Origin: Deltaproteobacteria bacterium
Lineage (GTDB): Bacteria > Myxococcota > UBA727 > VGSZ01
Direction: 5' to 3'
DNA: 64,000 nt
Assembly: GCA_016874845.1 (NCBI GenBank)
Contig: VGSZ01000004.1
Coordinates: forward strand, 1,980-65,979
In this document: positions 21,468 to 32,093 of the stretch, piece by piece
How positions within the stretch are numbered: the stretch's first letter is position 1
Layout of the letters: every line of letters starts with the position of its first letter
Program-made: the position numbers and the translations under genes
Notes under the pieces: generated by a model
What the model saw: only the letters and a program-made list of their open reading frames with translations
Database searches by the model: none
Told to the model about the DNA's origin: nothing

Positions 21468-24400
21468 ATGATCGGTGCCCTTCGTCGTCTTGCGGCCCTG
21501 CCGCTGTCGTTGTCGCTCGCGCTGCTCGGAGTGGCCTGCGTCGAGGCGACGAACCCGTTCGACCCCGACACGCCGCCGGCGCTGCAGGAGCCCGGACAGC
21601 TCACCGGGCGGGTGGTGCTGCGGGACGAGACGGCGGCGGTTGAGGACCTGTCTCTCGAGCTCGCGGCGGTGCGCGTCGGCCTCATCGACGGCGATGGGCG
21701 GCGCCTGACGCAAGACGGGGCGCCGCGCCTGGTCACGCTTGTCGACTTCGACGTCGACGCCGCCGCCGCCGCCGGCAGCGGGCGCTTCGTGGTCGAGGGG
21801 CTCGTGCCCGGCGCGTGGACGGTGGTGGTCGAGGGCGTGGGCCGCCGCTACGCGCCACCGGCGATCGTGCCGGTGCCGGTGTTGCCCGGCGACGTCGCCG
21901 ACGTCGGCGAGCTGGTCTTCGTCGCCGCGCCGGCCGAGGGCGAGGGGCCGGGCGAAATCAGCGGCAGCGTGACGCTGGCCGACGTCGCCGGCGGCGCGCG
22001 CAGCGTGACCGTCTATCGCCTGCGCGACGGTGTTCCGCAGCCCGCGCAGACGCTGCGCACCGCCGCCGACGGCTCGTTTCGCGTCACCGGTCTGGCGCTC
22101 GGCACCTACGCGGTCGAGGCGACGCTGCCGGGCTTCACGCCGGGCTACCTGCTCGACGTCCAGATCGGCGAGACCGCCGACGCCCAGCTGGTGCAGGACT
22201 TCACTGCGACGCCGCTGGTGCTGCACCCGATCACCGCCGTGCTGCGCCCGCAGCTGCCGCTCGTCGAGGGCCAGCGCTACACCGCCGCCGACGCCGTCGA
22301 CGTCGACGTCCTCGCCTTCGGCGGCGTCACCGACATGGCGCTCGGCGTCGACGACGATCCCCTGGCGACGCTGACGACGTACGCCGCCACGGCCGCGATC
22401 CCGCTGCCCGACCGCGAGGGCCCGATCACGCTGAAGGCCCGCTTCGAGGCGCGCAGCGCCGACGGCTTCGTGTTCTCCTCCGACGTGTTCTCGGCGACGA
22501 TCGTCCGCGACGTCACGCCGCCCGAGGTCGTCGACGCCGCGTTCATCGACGCCGCCGTCGACGACGACGGCGCGGCCATCGCCAACCTCGTCACCGGCGA
22601 CACGCTCACGCTGCGCACGCAGGTGCAGGACGCGGTCAGCGCCGTCGCCGGCTTCGCCGTCGTCGTGGGCGAGGCCCCCACCCTCGCGCCGCCCACGGCC
22701 TTCGACGACCTCACCAGCTTCGGCGGCCTGCTGTCGCGCGACGACGAGGTCGGTCTTGGCACCGACGGCACGCACTACGTCGGCGTCTTCGCCCGCGACC
22801 GCGCCGGCAACGTCGGCGCGCTCGGCGCCGCGCTCGTGGCCCGCCTCGACCGCACCCCGCCCGACCTGATCGTGGACGCCGACGCCCCCGGCGGCACGCT
22901 GTTTTCGCGCGCGGTGGCGGTCGGCTTCGACGAGACGCAGGCCCGCGCCGACCTGCCGGTGGCGATGCAGGTGGGGCTGGCCCCGCTGTCGCCGCTCGCC
23001 CCGGTCGCGCCGTACGCGTCGACGACGACGGTGACGCTGCCGGCGACGGTGACCGAAGGGCAGATCGTGCAGGTCGAGGCTCGTCTGGTCGACGGCAACG
23101 GCAACGTCGCCGAGACCCGCAGCGCGCCGCTGCGGGTCGAGCTGCGCGCGCGCCTGGCCGGTCGCGTCGTCGTCGAGGGCGTGCCCGAGCTCGAAGCCGA
23201 CGCCAGCGGCGCCACCGTGCGCGTGCAGGCCCACGACGGCGCGGCGCTCGCCGCCACCACCACCGACGCCGCCGGCGCGTTCACCCTGGACGTCGCCGAG
23301 TGCGACGCCTGCACGCTCGTCGTCGCCCGCGCTGGCTCGCGCGCGGCGCAGCAGGCGTTGCCGCCGCTGGCGGCGCAGGCGCCGACGAGCCCGCGCGTGG
23401 CGCTGACCGACGTCGCGCTGGCCCTCGCCCGCGGCAGCCTCGCCGGCCGGTTCCGCCGCGCCGACGTCGAGAGCGACGCGACGGCCCACGCGGGCACGAC
23501 GGTCACGGCGACCCTGCTCGGCGGGGCGCGACGGTTCACGACGACGACGACGACGCAGGACACGGGCGACTGGAGCCTTCTGGGGCTGCCCGCCACCCGC
23601 GCCGACGAGCGCTACCTGATCCGCGCCAGCCGCGAGAGCTACGGCGTCGTCACCGCCGAGGTCGCCGTCGCCGCCGACGCCAACAATATCGTCGCCCCCG
23701 ACGTCGGCGGCGCCCCGACGACCCTCGTGCTGCCGGCCACCACGGGCGACTTCGACCTGTGCGCGTCGGCGGGCCCCTGCGTGCCGGTGACGTTCGTGAA
23801 CGTCGACAGCGTGCGCGTCGCGCTGCGCGACACCGCGCGCGTCACGGAAATCCGCGTGCGCGCGCGCACGCCCTTCCTCGCCGACGACGCCGAGCCGGCG
23901 TTCGCACCGTTCGCCCCGGCCAACGACACCCTGGTCGACGTCCGCGGCGCCGACGGCGTCGTGCCTGTCTACGTGCAGGTCCGCCGCGACGACGGCAGCG
24001 TCGGCGCGGTGCTGTCGGCCACGATCACGCTCGACACCGTGCCGCCATCACTTGTGTCGGTGACGCGGCAGAAGGCCGAGGCGTCGCTCGACGAGCGCTT
24101 CACCCGCGAGCGCTTCGTCGACGTCGTCGTCGTCGCCGACGCCGGGCGCGGCAACGTCGCGCCGCTGGCGAGCGCCCGCGCCGTCGTCGCCGCCGCCGCC
24201 CCCGCCATCGCGCCCGCCGCTGCCGCCGCCGGCGTCACGACCTGCATCGACGGCGCGGCGTGCCGCGTGTCGTTGCCTGACGACGACAGCGGCGTCGTCG
24301 AGGGCCTGCACCGCGTGTTCGCCTTTGCCTGCGACGCCGCCGGCAACTGCAGCGCGCCCGGCTCGACCTTCGTCATCCATGACCGCACGGCGCCGTCGTC

Positions 24401-27400
24401 GGCCCACGGCGCTGGCTTCAGCGTCACCGGCGGGGCCGTCACGTCCACCGCCGACGGGTTCGTGCTGCGCTCGCCGCTGTATGGGCTGTCGGTGTCCACC
24501 GGCAGCGCGCGCACCGCCGGCGGCGTCGCCGTCGTCGACGAGAGCGGCGCCGCCGTGGCCGACGTCTTCGGCGCGCGCTTCGGCTTTGCGCCAGCTGTCG
24601 CCGACGTCGACACCCGCGCGCTCGCCGCGCCGGTGGTGGCCGGCGCCACGCGCACCGACGTCGCGGCGCCGCCGCTGCCCGCCGTCGACGGCGGCTACAC
24701 CGTCTATGCCCGCTTGAGCGACGCGGCCGGCAACGTCACCGCCGCCGAGCCGAACCCGTTCTCGGCGGCGCTGCGGCTCGACACCACGGCGCCGGCGGCG
24801 GCCTTCGTGCTGAACGACGGCGCGTCGGTGACGACGTCGTCGACGGTGCGCTTCGCGGTCGCGGTGCCGACGGGGGGCGAGGCGATCGCCCGCGTCGAGG
24901 TCGTCGCCGACGGTGGTCGTTTCGCGACCGGCGTGGTGTCCCGCGCGCTGCCGCTCAACGTGCAAGGCGAGCCGTTCACGCTGCCCGACGACGGTGACGG
25001 GCCCTACACGGTGTACGCGCGCCTGTTCGACGTGGCCGGCAACGTCGCCGAGCGCAGCGCCTCGATCGTGCTCGACACGACGCCCCCGCAGGTGCTGTTC
25101 GCCGCCTGTCGCACGTGCACCGCCGTGGACGGCGTGCTCTACACCGCCGACGCTCTGGGCGTCGTGCTCGACGTTGTCGCCGACGACGTGACCTCGCGCG
25201 TTGCCTCGCTGCAGACCCTCGTGAACGGCGGTGCGACCGCGACGACCGCCTACACCGGTACGGTCACCGTGCCGGTCGCGCTCGATGCGACCAGCGAGAT
25301 CGTCGTACGCGCCGTGGACGCTGCCGGTCTGGTCGGCGACGACGTCGCCGAAGAGGCCACGCTCACGGTCGTCCACGACCGCACGGCGCCGACGGTGCCG
25401 TCGGGTGCGGTCTCGCTCGACGCCGGCGCGGCGCGCACCAACGACGTCGATGTCACCGTCACCATCGCCGACGTCAGTGACGCAAACGGGGTGACGGGCA
25501 TGCGGTTGTCGTCGACGACGGCGTTCGCCGGGCCGGTGCTGCCGTTTTCGTCGGTGGCGACATTCGCGCTGTCGGGCAGCGACGGCGACAAGCAGGTGTG
25601 CGTCGAGCTGTCCGATCCCGTCGGCAACGCGACGGTGCAGTGCGACACGATCACGCTCGACCGCACGGCGCCGGTGGGCACGCTCACGCTCGCCAGCGGC
25701 GCTGCGGTGACGAAGACCAACGTCGTCACGGCGCAGCTGGCGTTTGACGCCGGCACGACGGGCGTTGCCGTGTCGGCCAGCGCGCTCGACTGCTCGACGG
25801 CGACGTATACGGCAGCGTCGGGCACGACGGCGACGGCGACGGTGACCCTGTCGTCGGGCGAGGGCGGCAAGACGGCGTTCGCCTGCTTCACCGACGCGGC
25901 GGGCAACCGCTCGGCGGCGTCCGACGACATCATCGTCGACCAGACCGCGCCGGCGTCGACCATCGCGCTCGCGGCGGGGGCGGCGTTCACGACGACGACC
26001 AGCGTCACCGCGACCATCACGGTGCTCGACGCGGCGAAGATGAGCGTGCTCGAGGGTGCGCGGACGCAGGCGGCGTGCGACGCGCTCGCCGCGGCGCAGT
26101 ACGAGCCGGCGGCGTCGACGAAGGCGCTGACGTTGAGCGGCGCGCAGGGCACGAAGACGGTGAGCGCCTGCTTCGAGGACGCTGCGGGCAACCGCAGCGT
26201 CGCCACCGACACCATCGTCCTCGACTCGCAGGCGCCCACGGCGACGGTGGTGGTGACCGGCACGACGCTCGGTACGGTGGGGGCAAACGCGCGGGCGGCC
26301 ATCGCCAGCACGACGCTGACGCGCACGCCGCTGGTGGCGGTGTCGTTGACGGGGGCGTCGACGGACGCGAGCGAGATCATGATCTCCAACGACAGCGGCT
26401 TCGTTGGCGAGGTCTTCGAGCCGCTCGTCCCCGGCGCCTACCCGCACACGCTGCTGTCGTCCGACGGCACGCAGACGGTGAACGTCAAGCTGCGCGACGC
26501 CGCCGGCAACACAAGCGGCACGCTGACGGCGAGCATCGTCCTCGACACGCAGGCGCCGACGGCGCCGACGGTGCTCATCGACGGCGGCAACGCGTTCACC
26601 AACAACGCCAGCGCGCTGGTGTCGCTGTCGCTGTCGGCGTCGGCGTCGCCGGTGCAGCTGGCATTGTCGACGACCGGCGACTTCAGCGCGCCGACCTTCG
26701 AGGCGTTCGCGACCACGAAGAGCGGCTTCGCCCTGACGACCACGGCGGCGCCGACCGGTGATGGCCTGAAGAACGTGTTCGTGATCTTCCGCGACGCCGC
26801 CGGCAACGAGACGGCGGCGGCCAGCGACGCCATCCAGCTCGACCGCGTCGCCCCCGCGCCCCTCGCTGACGTGCCGTGCGGGGGCAGCAACGCCGTCGTC
26901 TGCATCAACGCCGGCGCCGCTTTCTCGTCGAGCGTCAGCGTGACGCTGAGCCTGACGACGTCCGTGGTGCCGCCGGCGTCCAGCGACGCGAACAAGGCCA
27001 CCGAGATGCAGATCGCGGTGGACGGCACCGCCGACAACGAGCCGTTCCTGCCCTACGCGTCGACGACCGTCGCGCTGCTGGCGGCCGGCGACTGCGCCGC
27101 GGGCAACGCCGCCTGCAAGACGGTGGCGGTGCGCTTCCGCGACGCCGCGGGCAACACGTCGTCGCAGTTCACCGACACCATCGGCCTCGACGGCACCCCG
27201 CCCACGGCGCCGCGCATCGCGAACCCGTTGTCGGTGACGCGCGATCCCACCGAGACCGTGACGCTGGCGGTGCAGGCCACCGACACGTTCGGCGTCACCT
27301 ACCAGCTGCTCGGCGGCCAGTTCGCTGACTGGACGACGACGGCCGCCACCAACAACTTCCCGTTCACGCTGACGACACCGCCGTCGTCGAGCGCCGAGGC

Positions 27401-29924
27401 CGGCGACATCTACAACCTCGGCGTGCGCGCCCTCGACCCGGCGGGCAACGTTTCGGGTGAGGACTTCGTCACGATCACCTGCGACGGCAACGCGCCGTCG
27501 GCCCCGACGGGCCTGACCGCAGCCGAGCGCTCGGGCTCGGTCACGCTGCGCTGGGACCGACCGCCCCCCGCCGAGCGCGACGTCGTCGGCTACCTCGTGA
27601 AGTACGGCTACGAGTCGAACCGCCTGATCGACGTCTTTGCCGCCGAGGGGCCAAGCCCGATCTTCGTCGCGCTGCCCAACGGTCAGGCGTCACCCAACAT
27701 CACGCTGACGGGCCTGGTCGACAACACGCCGTTCTCGATCGCGGTGACCGCCGTCGACCATGCCGGCTCGTCTTCGTCGCCGCCCAACGAGTCGGCGGCG
27801 ACGAGCACGATCACGGTGCTGCCAAACCCGGTGACGCCGGTGGTGGTGGGTGGCGTCGCGCGCACGGCCGGCAGCGCGGCAGGCGTCGCGGTGCGCGGCG
27901 CGCGGGCGGTGGCGATGAAGGGCACGAGCGTCTGTGTCTACGACGTCGCCAACCCGACGGCGCCCAGCGAGATCGCGTGCCGGAGCGACGCGGCATTCAA
28001 CGGCACCGAGCGGGTACACGTCTTCGGCCGCTACGCCTACGTCACGCGCGCGAACGCCTCGACGCGCGTCCTCGACATCGGCCGGCTCGGTGGCTCGCAG
28101 CGGGCGAGCACGGCCAACGTCAGGGTGACGGCGCTGGCCGACGCGGCGACGACCAACATCGTCGATATGGCTTTCCTCGGCGTACCGACCACGTCTACCG
28201 GCGGGCTGTCGGCGGTGGCGCCGCCCTACGTCGCGGCGATCAGGCAGAACGGCGCCAACGCCGAGCTGCGCGTGCTGCAGCTGCCGGCAGCGACCACGAA
28301 TGTGCTCGCCGGCGAGCTCGGCGTGGTGTTGGGCATCGCGGCGGTCTCGCTCGGCGGGGCTGCCGCCGCCGTGGACGCGACGACCGATCTGATCGCGGCG
28401 ACTTCGACGACGCTGACGACCATCCACCCCACCGCCGACGTGTCGAGATTCGGTCGACTCACGACGGTCCCGGGGACGATCCGCGACCTGAAGATCGAGC
28501 CCGCCCCCGACGACACTGTGCCGTCCACCCGGCCTCGTCGGGCCCGCCTGTACATCGCTGGTGACTTCGGTCTGCGGGTTCACGACGTCAGCTACGTAGC
28601 CGACGGGAGCCTTACGCCCTCGGTGAACAACACGCCCTTCGCGGTCGTCGGCGGCTTCGACTGCAGCTCGCTGGAGATCGGCGGTGGCTACGCCTACTGC
28701 AACGACACCTCGGCCTCCTCTTCGGACACCATCATCGTGATCAAGCTCGCGCCGCGCCCCACGGTCGTCGGCCGCCTGCTGGCCCTCAATACGGCGGTCG
28801 GCGCCGGCGCGCCGGCGCAGGTCAGCGCGATCGCGCTGTCCGAGAACATGCTCTACGCGACGCTGCTCGACTCGAGCACGTCGCTCGCCGCCATCGAGCT
28901 CTCGAGCGCGTCGCGCTACCTCAGCGAGGGTTCGACCAACATCGACTTCGACGACGTGCTGCTCGATCGCAACCTGCTCAGCGCCTACACCGTCACGACC
29001 GGCGGGCTCATGTTCGGCAGCGTCTACGACCTCAGCGATCCGTCGTCGCCGGCGGTCGTACAGACGAGGATCGGCTCGATCGCCTCGGGGTGCGGCGCGG
29101 GGGCGAACCGGCGCAGCCGCGTGGCGACCTTCGGTCACACCGCGATGACGTCGTGCGCCGACGGCTTCACGTTCTCGACGACGAACCATCCCTTCAACTT
29201 CGTCGATCCGGCCAGCGGGCAGCAGGTGCAGCCGACAAATCGCAGCAGCACCGACGTCTCACGCACCCGCGGCTTCGTCGTCGACGGCCACACGGCCTAC
29301 GTGCTGACGAGCGACGGCCAGCTCGAGACGTGGAGCCTCGCGCGTCCGTCGACAACAGGGCCGGCGCTGACGGTCACCGTGGCGGGTGCGCCGTCCTTCA
29401 GCCGCAACCCGGTGGTGCAGGATGATCGCCTGATCGCCGTCGACGCCGCCGGCACCGCCCACGTCTTCAACCTTGCGGCGACGTCGACGGAGACGCCATC
29501 GGTGGCCTTGATCGCGTCGGTCTCGAGCGGTGCGGCTGATACGACGCGCTTCGGCGATCTCGAGGTGCGCGACAGGGCCGTCTTCGTCACGCGCGCGCTC
29601 TCCCAGCAGGGGCAGGTGGGGCTGTTCAAGGCGTCGTTCGACCCACGCACCGGCGCCTTGTCGAACGTCACGTCGAGCACGCAGACCCGCGGCTTCGGCG
29701 TCATTGCCCCGGTGGGGCGGCAGCTGCTGCTTAGCGACGGCTTCTTTGCCGCCGGCGGCGAGCCCGGCGCCGTCGCCGGCCTCGTCGCCGTCGATGCCAC
29801 CTCGATGCTCGTGCGGTCGTCGACGCAGGCGGTGCTCGCGCCGTTCGCCCTCGCCGTCGCTGGCCCCACCGTCGTGTCGGTCAACCGCGACAGCGGCATC
29901 GAGGTGCTCACGCTGTCGCGCTGA
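21468..29924 (+). CDS. Giant (2818 aa) cell-surface lipoprotein with CarboxypepD_reg-like, multiple Ig-like repeat, FN3-like and C-terminal LVIVD beta-propeller-like domains
   Basis: Single uninterrupted ORF. Signal/lipobox LALLGVAC. More than 10 repeats starting D-[TRQS]-[TQ]-[AP]-P about every 100 aa (Ig-like). FN3-like GSVTLRWDRPPP. C-terminal repeats VYDVANPTAP, VHDVSY, TIIVIKLA, VYDLSDPSSP typical of LVIVD propellers. Confidence 0.85.
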   Translation: MIGALRRLAALPLSLSLALLGVACVEATNPFDPDTPPALQEPGQLTGRVVLRDETAAVEDLSLELAAVRVGLIDGDGRRLTQDGAPRLVTLVDFDVDAAAAAGSGRFVVEGLVPGAWTVVVEGVGRRYAPPAIVPVPVLPGDVADVGELVFVAAPAEGEGPGEISGSVTLADVAGGARSVTVYRLRDGVPQPAQTLRTAADGSFRVTGLALGTYAVEATLPGFTPGYLLDVQIGETADAQLVQDFTATPLVLHPITAVLRPQLPLVEGQRYTAADAVDVDVLAFGGVTDMALGVDDDPLATLTTYAATAAIPLPDREGPITLKARFEARSADGFVFSSDVFSATIVRDVTPPEVVDAAFIDAAVDDDGAAIANLVTGDTLTLRTQVQDAVSAVAGFAVVVGEAPTLAPPTAFDDLTSFGGLLSRDDEVGLGTDGTHYVGVFARDRAGNVGALGAALVARLDRTPPDLIVDADAPGGTLFSRAVAVGFDETQARADLPVAMQVGLAPLSPLAPVAPYASTTTVTLPATVTEGQIVQVEARLVDGNGNVAETRSAPLRVELRARLAGRVVVEGVPELEADASGATVRVQAHDGAALAATTTDAAGAFTLDVAECDACTLVVARAGSRAAQQALPPLAAQAPTSPRVALTDVALALARGSLAGRFRRADVESDATAHAGTTVTATLLGGARRFTTTTTTQDTGDWSLLGLPATRADERYLIRASRESYGVVTAEVAVAADANNIVAPDVGGAPTTLVLPATTGDFDLCASAGPCVPVTFVNVDSVRVALRDTARVTEIRVRARTPFLADDAEPAFAPFAPANDTLVDVRGADGVVPVYVQVRRDDGSVGAVLSATITLDTVPPSLVSVTRQKAEASLDERFTRERFVDVVVVADAGRGNVAPLASARAVVAAAAPAIAPAAAAAGVTTCIDGAACRVSLPDDDSGVVEGLHRVFAFACDAAGNCSAPGSTFVIHDRTAPSSAHGAGFSVTGGAVTSTADGFVLRSPLYGLSVSTGSARTAGGVAVVDESGAAVADVFGARFGFAPAVADVDTRALAAPVVAGATRTDVAAPPLPAVDGGYTVYARLSDAAGNVTAAEPNPFSAALRLDTTAPAAAFVLNDGASVTTSSTVRFAVAVPTGGEAIARVEVVADGGRFATGVVSRALPLNVQGEPFTLPDDGDGPYTVYARLFDVAGNVAERSASIVLDTTPPQVLFAACRTCTAVDGVLYTADALGVVLDVVADDVTSRVASLQTLVNGGATATTAYTGTVTVPVALDATSEIVVRAVDAAGLVGDDVAEEATLTVVHDRTAPTVPSGAVSLDAGAARTNDVDVTVTIADVSDANGVTGMRLSSTTAFAGPVLPFSSVATFALSGSDGDKQVCVELSDPVGNATVQCDTITLDRTAPVGTLTLASGAAVTKTNVVTAQLAFDAGTTGVAVSASALDCSTATYTAASGTTATATVTLSSGEGGKTAFACFTDAAGNRSAASDDIIVDQTAPASTIALAAGAAFTTTTSVTATITVLDAAKMSVLEGARTQAACDALAAAQYEPAASTKALTLSGAQGTKTVSACFEDAAGNRSVATDTIVLDSQAPTATVVVTGTTLGTVGANARAAIASTTLTRTPLVAVSLTGASTDASEIMISNDSGFVGEVFEPLVPGAYPHTLLSSDGTQTVNVKLRDAAGNTSGTLTASIVLDTQAPTAPTVLIDGGNAFTNNASALVSLSLSASASPVQLALSTTGDFSAPTFEAFATTKSGFALTTTAAPTGDGLKNVFVIFRDAAGNETAAASDAIQLDRVAPAPLADVPCGGSNAVVCINAGAAFSSSVSVTLSLTTSVVPPASSDANKATEMQIAVDGTADNEPFLPYASTTVALLAAGDCAAGNAACKTVAVRFRDAAGNTSSQFTDTIGLDGTPPTAPRIANPLSVTRDPTETVTLAVQATDTFGVTYQLLGGQFADWTTTAATNNFPFTLTTPPSSSAEAGDIYNLGVRALDPAGNVSGEDFVTITCDGNAPSAPTGLTAAERSGSVTLRWDRPPPAERDVVGYLVKYGYESNRLIDVFAAEGPSPIFVALPNGQASPNITLTGLVDNTPFSIAVTAVDHAGSSSSPPNESAATSTITVLPNPVTPVVVGGVARTAGSAAGVAVRGARAVAMKGTSVCVYDVANPTAPSEIACRSDAAFNGTERVHVFGRYAYVTRANASTRVLDIGRLGGSQRASTANVRVTALADAATTNIVDMAFLGVPTTSTGGLSAVAPPYVAAIRQNGANAELRVLQLPAATTNVLAGELGVVLGIAAVSLGGAAAAVDATTDLIAATSTTLTTIHPTADVSRFGRLTTVPGTIRDLKIEPAPDDTVPSTRPRRARLYIAGDFGLRVHDVSYVADGSLTPSVNNTPFAVVGGFDCSSLEIGGGYAYCNDTSASSSDTIIVIKLAPRPTVVGRLLALNTAVGAGAPAQVSAIALSENMLYATLLDSSTSLAAIELSSASRYLSEGSTNIDFDDVLLDRNLLSAYTVTTGGLMFGSVYDLSDPSSPAVVQTRIGSIASGCGAGANRRSRVATFGHTAMTSCADGFTFSTTNHPFNFVDPASGQQVQPTNRSSTDVSRTRGFVVDGHTAYVLTSDGQLETWSLARPSTTGPALTVTVAGAPSFSRNPVVQDDRLIAVDAAGTAHVFNLAATSTETPSVALIASVSSGAADTTRFGDLEVRDRAVFVTRALSQQGQVGLFKASFDPRTGALSNVTSSTQTRGFGVIAPVGRQLLLSDGFFAAGGEPGAVAGLVAVDATSMLVRSSTQAVLAPFALAVAGPTVVSVNRDSGIEVLTLSR

Positions 29925-29954
29925 CGGCGCCGCCCGCGCGGGTCGGCCGTGAAC

Positions 29955-29982
29955 GAAGAGGCCCGCTGTTGCGGGCCTCTTC
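29955..29982. terminator. Bidirectional rho-independent terminator between convergent genes
   Basis: Perfect 12-bp stem gaagaggcccgc / gcgggcctcttc with tgtt loop, followed by T-rich gtcgtgtcgttgcttgt. Lies between the giant gene stop (29924) and the convergent gene stop (30016). Confidence 0.7.
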
Positions 29983-30015
29983 GTCGTGTCGTTGCTTGTC
30001 CGAGCGTCGCCGTCG

Positions 30016-30495
30016 TCACTCGACCTGGAAGAAGAAGCGCTCGTGCAGGCGCCCGTCGATCCACAGGCGCAGCTCGTATTCGCCCGCGGGGTCGCCTTCG
30101 GTGATCGACCACGCGTGCTCGATCGAGCCCTCCCAGGGCACGTCGACGCCGGCGGTGGTGGCCACGCGACCGTCGTCGCTGATCTCGACGAAGTGCGCCC
30201 CCGACCACGACGCCGGCGCCTCGGGCAGCACGAGCTCTTCGTGCCAGACGACGGGGCGGCCGTCGGGGACGTCGATGTGCCACCCAAACGACTGGCCGAC
30301 GGCCAGCGGCACGTGCTCGGTGGCGAGGAAGTCGTTGCACCCGGTCCACACGCCGAACTCCGCCGAGGCCACCCGCGGGCTCGCCTCGGCGTGCAGGAAT
30401 ACGCCCTCGTCGACGAGGACCTGAGCGACGCCGACGCTGACGCCGAGCGCGAGGGATGAACGGAGGACGAGGTCGGCTGCGAGGCGGAGGTGCAT
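30016..30495 (-). CDS. Small secreted hypothetical protein
   Basis: C-terminal 159 aa of the listed ORF from MHLRLAADLVLRSSLALGVSVGVA (signal peptide). Upstream in-frame residues are Arg-rich junk. Divergent from the kinase gene. Confidence 0.6.
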   Translation of the reverse strand: MHLRLAADLVLRSSLALGVSVGVAQVLVDEGVFLHAEASPRVASAEFGVWTGCNDFLATEHVPLAVGQSFGWHIDVPDGRPVVWHEELVLPEAPASWSGAHFVEISDDGRVATTAGVDVPWEGSIEHAWSITEGDPAGEYELRLWIDGRLHERFFFQVE

Positions 30496-30646
30496 GGGGC
30501 CTTCCTTTGCTGCCAGCGCCCTCAGTCTAGCGACCGGCGCGGCGTTCGTTGGCCGGCGTCTCACCCCGGGCGGATCGGCGACGCAGCGGTCCGGGGGCGC
30601 GGGACGGTGGTCGCTGCGCGCCGCGGCGCCTACGCTCCCGGAAGCC

Positions 30647-32056
30647 ATGGCCCGCGCGAAGAACGCTCCCGCCCTGCGCGGCTCGACCAGCCGGCACACC
30701 GAAGCGCCCGGCGTGTTCAGCGTGTCGCCGCCGGCGCCGCCGTCCTCGGCCGTCGACCCGGCGACGACGCGCGCCACCGACGAGGCCGCCGGCCGCTACG
30801 AAGAGGTGATCTCGACCGCAGGCATCGACCGCCGCCTGCTGCGCGGGCCGTTTGCCACCCACGTCTGGGGCGGCCGCTACGCGGTCATCGCGCTGCGCGG
30901 GCAGGGCGCGCAAGGCGCCACGTTCGTCGCCGTCGACGCGCAGACCGGCGCCCGCGTCGCCGTGAAGCTCTTCGACCTCGGCCGCGCGAAGGACTGGAAG
31001 GCCGTCGAGCTGTTCGACCGCGAGGCCGCGACCCTGCAGCGCCTGTCGCACCCCGGCGTGCCGCGCTTCGTCGATGTGCTGAAGGACGACGACGGCGGCG
31101 CGTGCGCGCTGGTCATGGGGCTCGTCGACGGCGACACCCTCGCCGACGTGCTGCGCCGCGACGGGCCGCTGCCCGAGAAGCGGCTGTGGCCCGTGCTGTT
31201 CGAGGCCACGGGCGTGCTCGCCGCCGTCCACGGCGAGGGCGTCGTGCACCGCGACCTCAAGCCCGCCCACCTGATCCTGCGCCCCGACGGCCGCGTCGCC
31301 ATCGTCGACTTCGGCGGCGTCGGCGCCATCCGCAGCGAGGCCGGCTCCACCGTCGTCGGCACCTTTGGTTACATGGCCCCCGAGCAGCTCTATGGCGCCC
31401 AGACGCCGGCCACCGATCTGTACGCGCTCGGCGCCACGCTCCTGTACGCCGCCACCGGCAAGGCCCCCGACGAGCACCCGCGCCAGGGGCTCGCCGTCGA
31501 CGTCGACGCCGCCGCGCCGTTCTTGTCACTGCCGCTGCGCGCGCTGCTGGCGCGCTTGCTGTCCCCCGACCCGCAGGGCCGGCCGAAGGACGCCGCCGCC
31601 CTGCTCCGCGAGCTGCAGGGCCTCGGGGCCAGACGCACGTCGTCGACCACGCCGTCAGCGACCGGCACCACGAACGCGGGCGACGACGACGTCGTCGACG
31701 CCGTCTGGCGCGAGGACGAGGCGCAGACTGCGCTCGCCCCCGGCCGCGGCGCCGTCGGCCTGCTCGCCGCCCTCGTCGCGCTGTTGGCCACCGTCGGCGT
31801 CGGCCGTGTCTTGCTGCCGGCGCTGATCACGGTGGTGGGCCTCTTCGTCTCCGACGCCGAGCGCCGCCGCCTGCGCGCCGTCCGTGACGTCGTCGCCCGC
31901 CGCACCCGCGTCGCCGCGCAGCAGCTGTCGCGGGCCGCCGCCGACCGCGCCGTCGACCTCGAGCACGACGTTCGGCGGCGCCGTCGTCAGGAAGAGAAAG
32001 CGGCGCGCCGCCAGGAGAAGAAGGCGGCGCGCCGTCAAGGGTTCTGGCGGAGCTGA
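30647..32056 (+). CDS. Serine/threonine protein kinase with a C-terminal TM and basic coiled tail
   Basis: Hanks kinase motifs: VAVK, HRDLKPAHL, DFG, GTFGYMAPE. TM segment LLAALVALLATVGVGRVLLPALITVV. Start chosen at the ATG at 30647 to leave a divergent promoter region. Confidence 0.85.
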   Translation: MARAKNAPALRGSTSRHTEAPGVFSVSPPAPPSSAVDPATTRATDEAAGRYEEVISTAGIDRRLLRGPFATHVWGGRYAVIALRGQGAQGATFVAVDAQTGARVAVKLFDLGRAKDWKAVELFDREAATLQRLSHPGVPRFVDVLKDDDGGACALVMGLVDGDTLADVLRRDGPLPEKRLWPVLFEATGVLAAVHGEGVVHRDLKPAHLILRPDGRVAIVDFGGVGAIRSEAGSTVVGTFGYMAPEQLYGAQTPATDLYALGATLLYAATGKAPDEHPRQGLAVDVDAAAPFLSLPLRALLARLLSPDPQGRPKDAAALLRELQGLGARRTSSTTPSATGTTNAGDDDVVDAVWREDEAQTALAPGRGAVGLLAALVALLATVGVGRVLLPALITVVGLFVSDAERRRLRAVRDVVARRTRVAAQQLSRAAADRAVDLEHDVRRRRRQEEKAARRQEKKAARRQGFWRS

Positions 32057-32093
32057 CGTCGTCGTGATCCGCGCGGCGACGTCGACGTCGTGC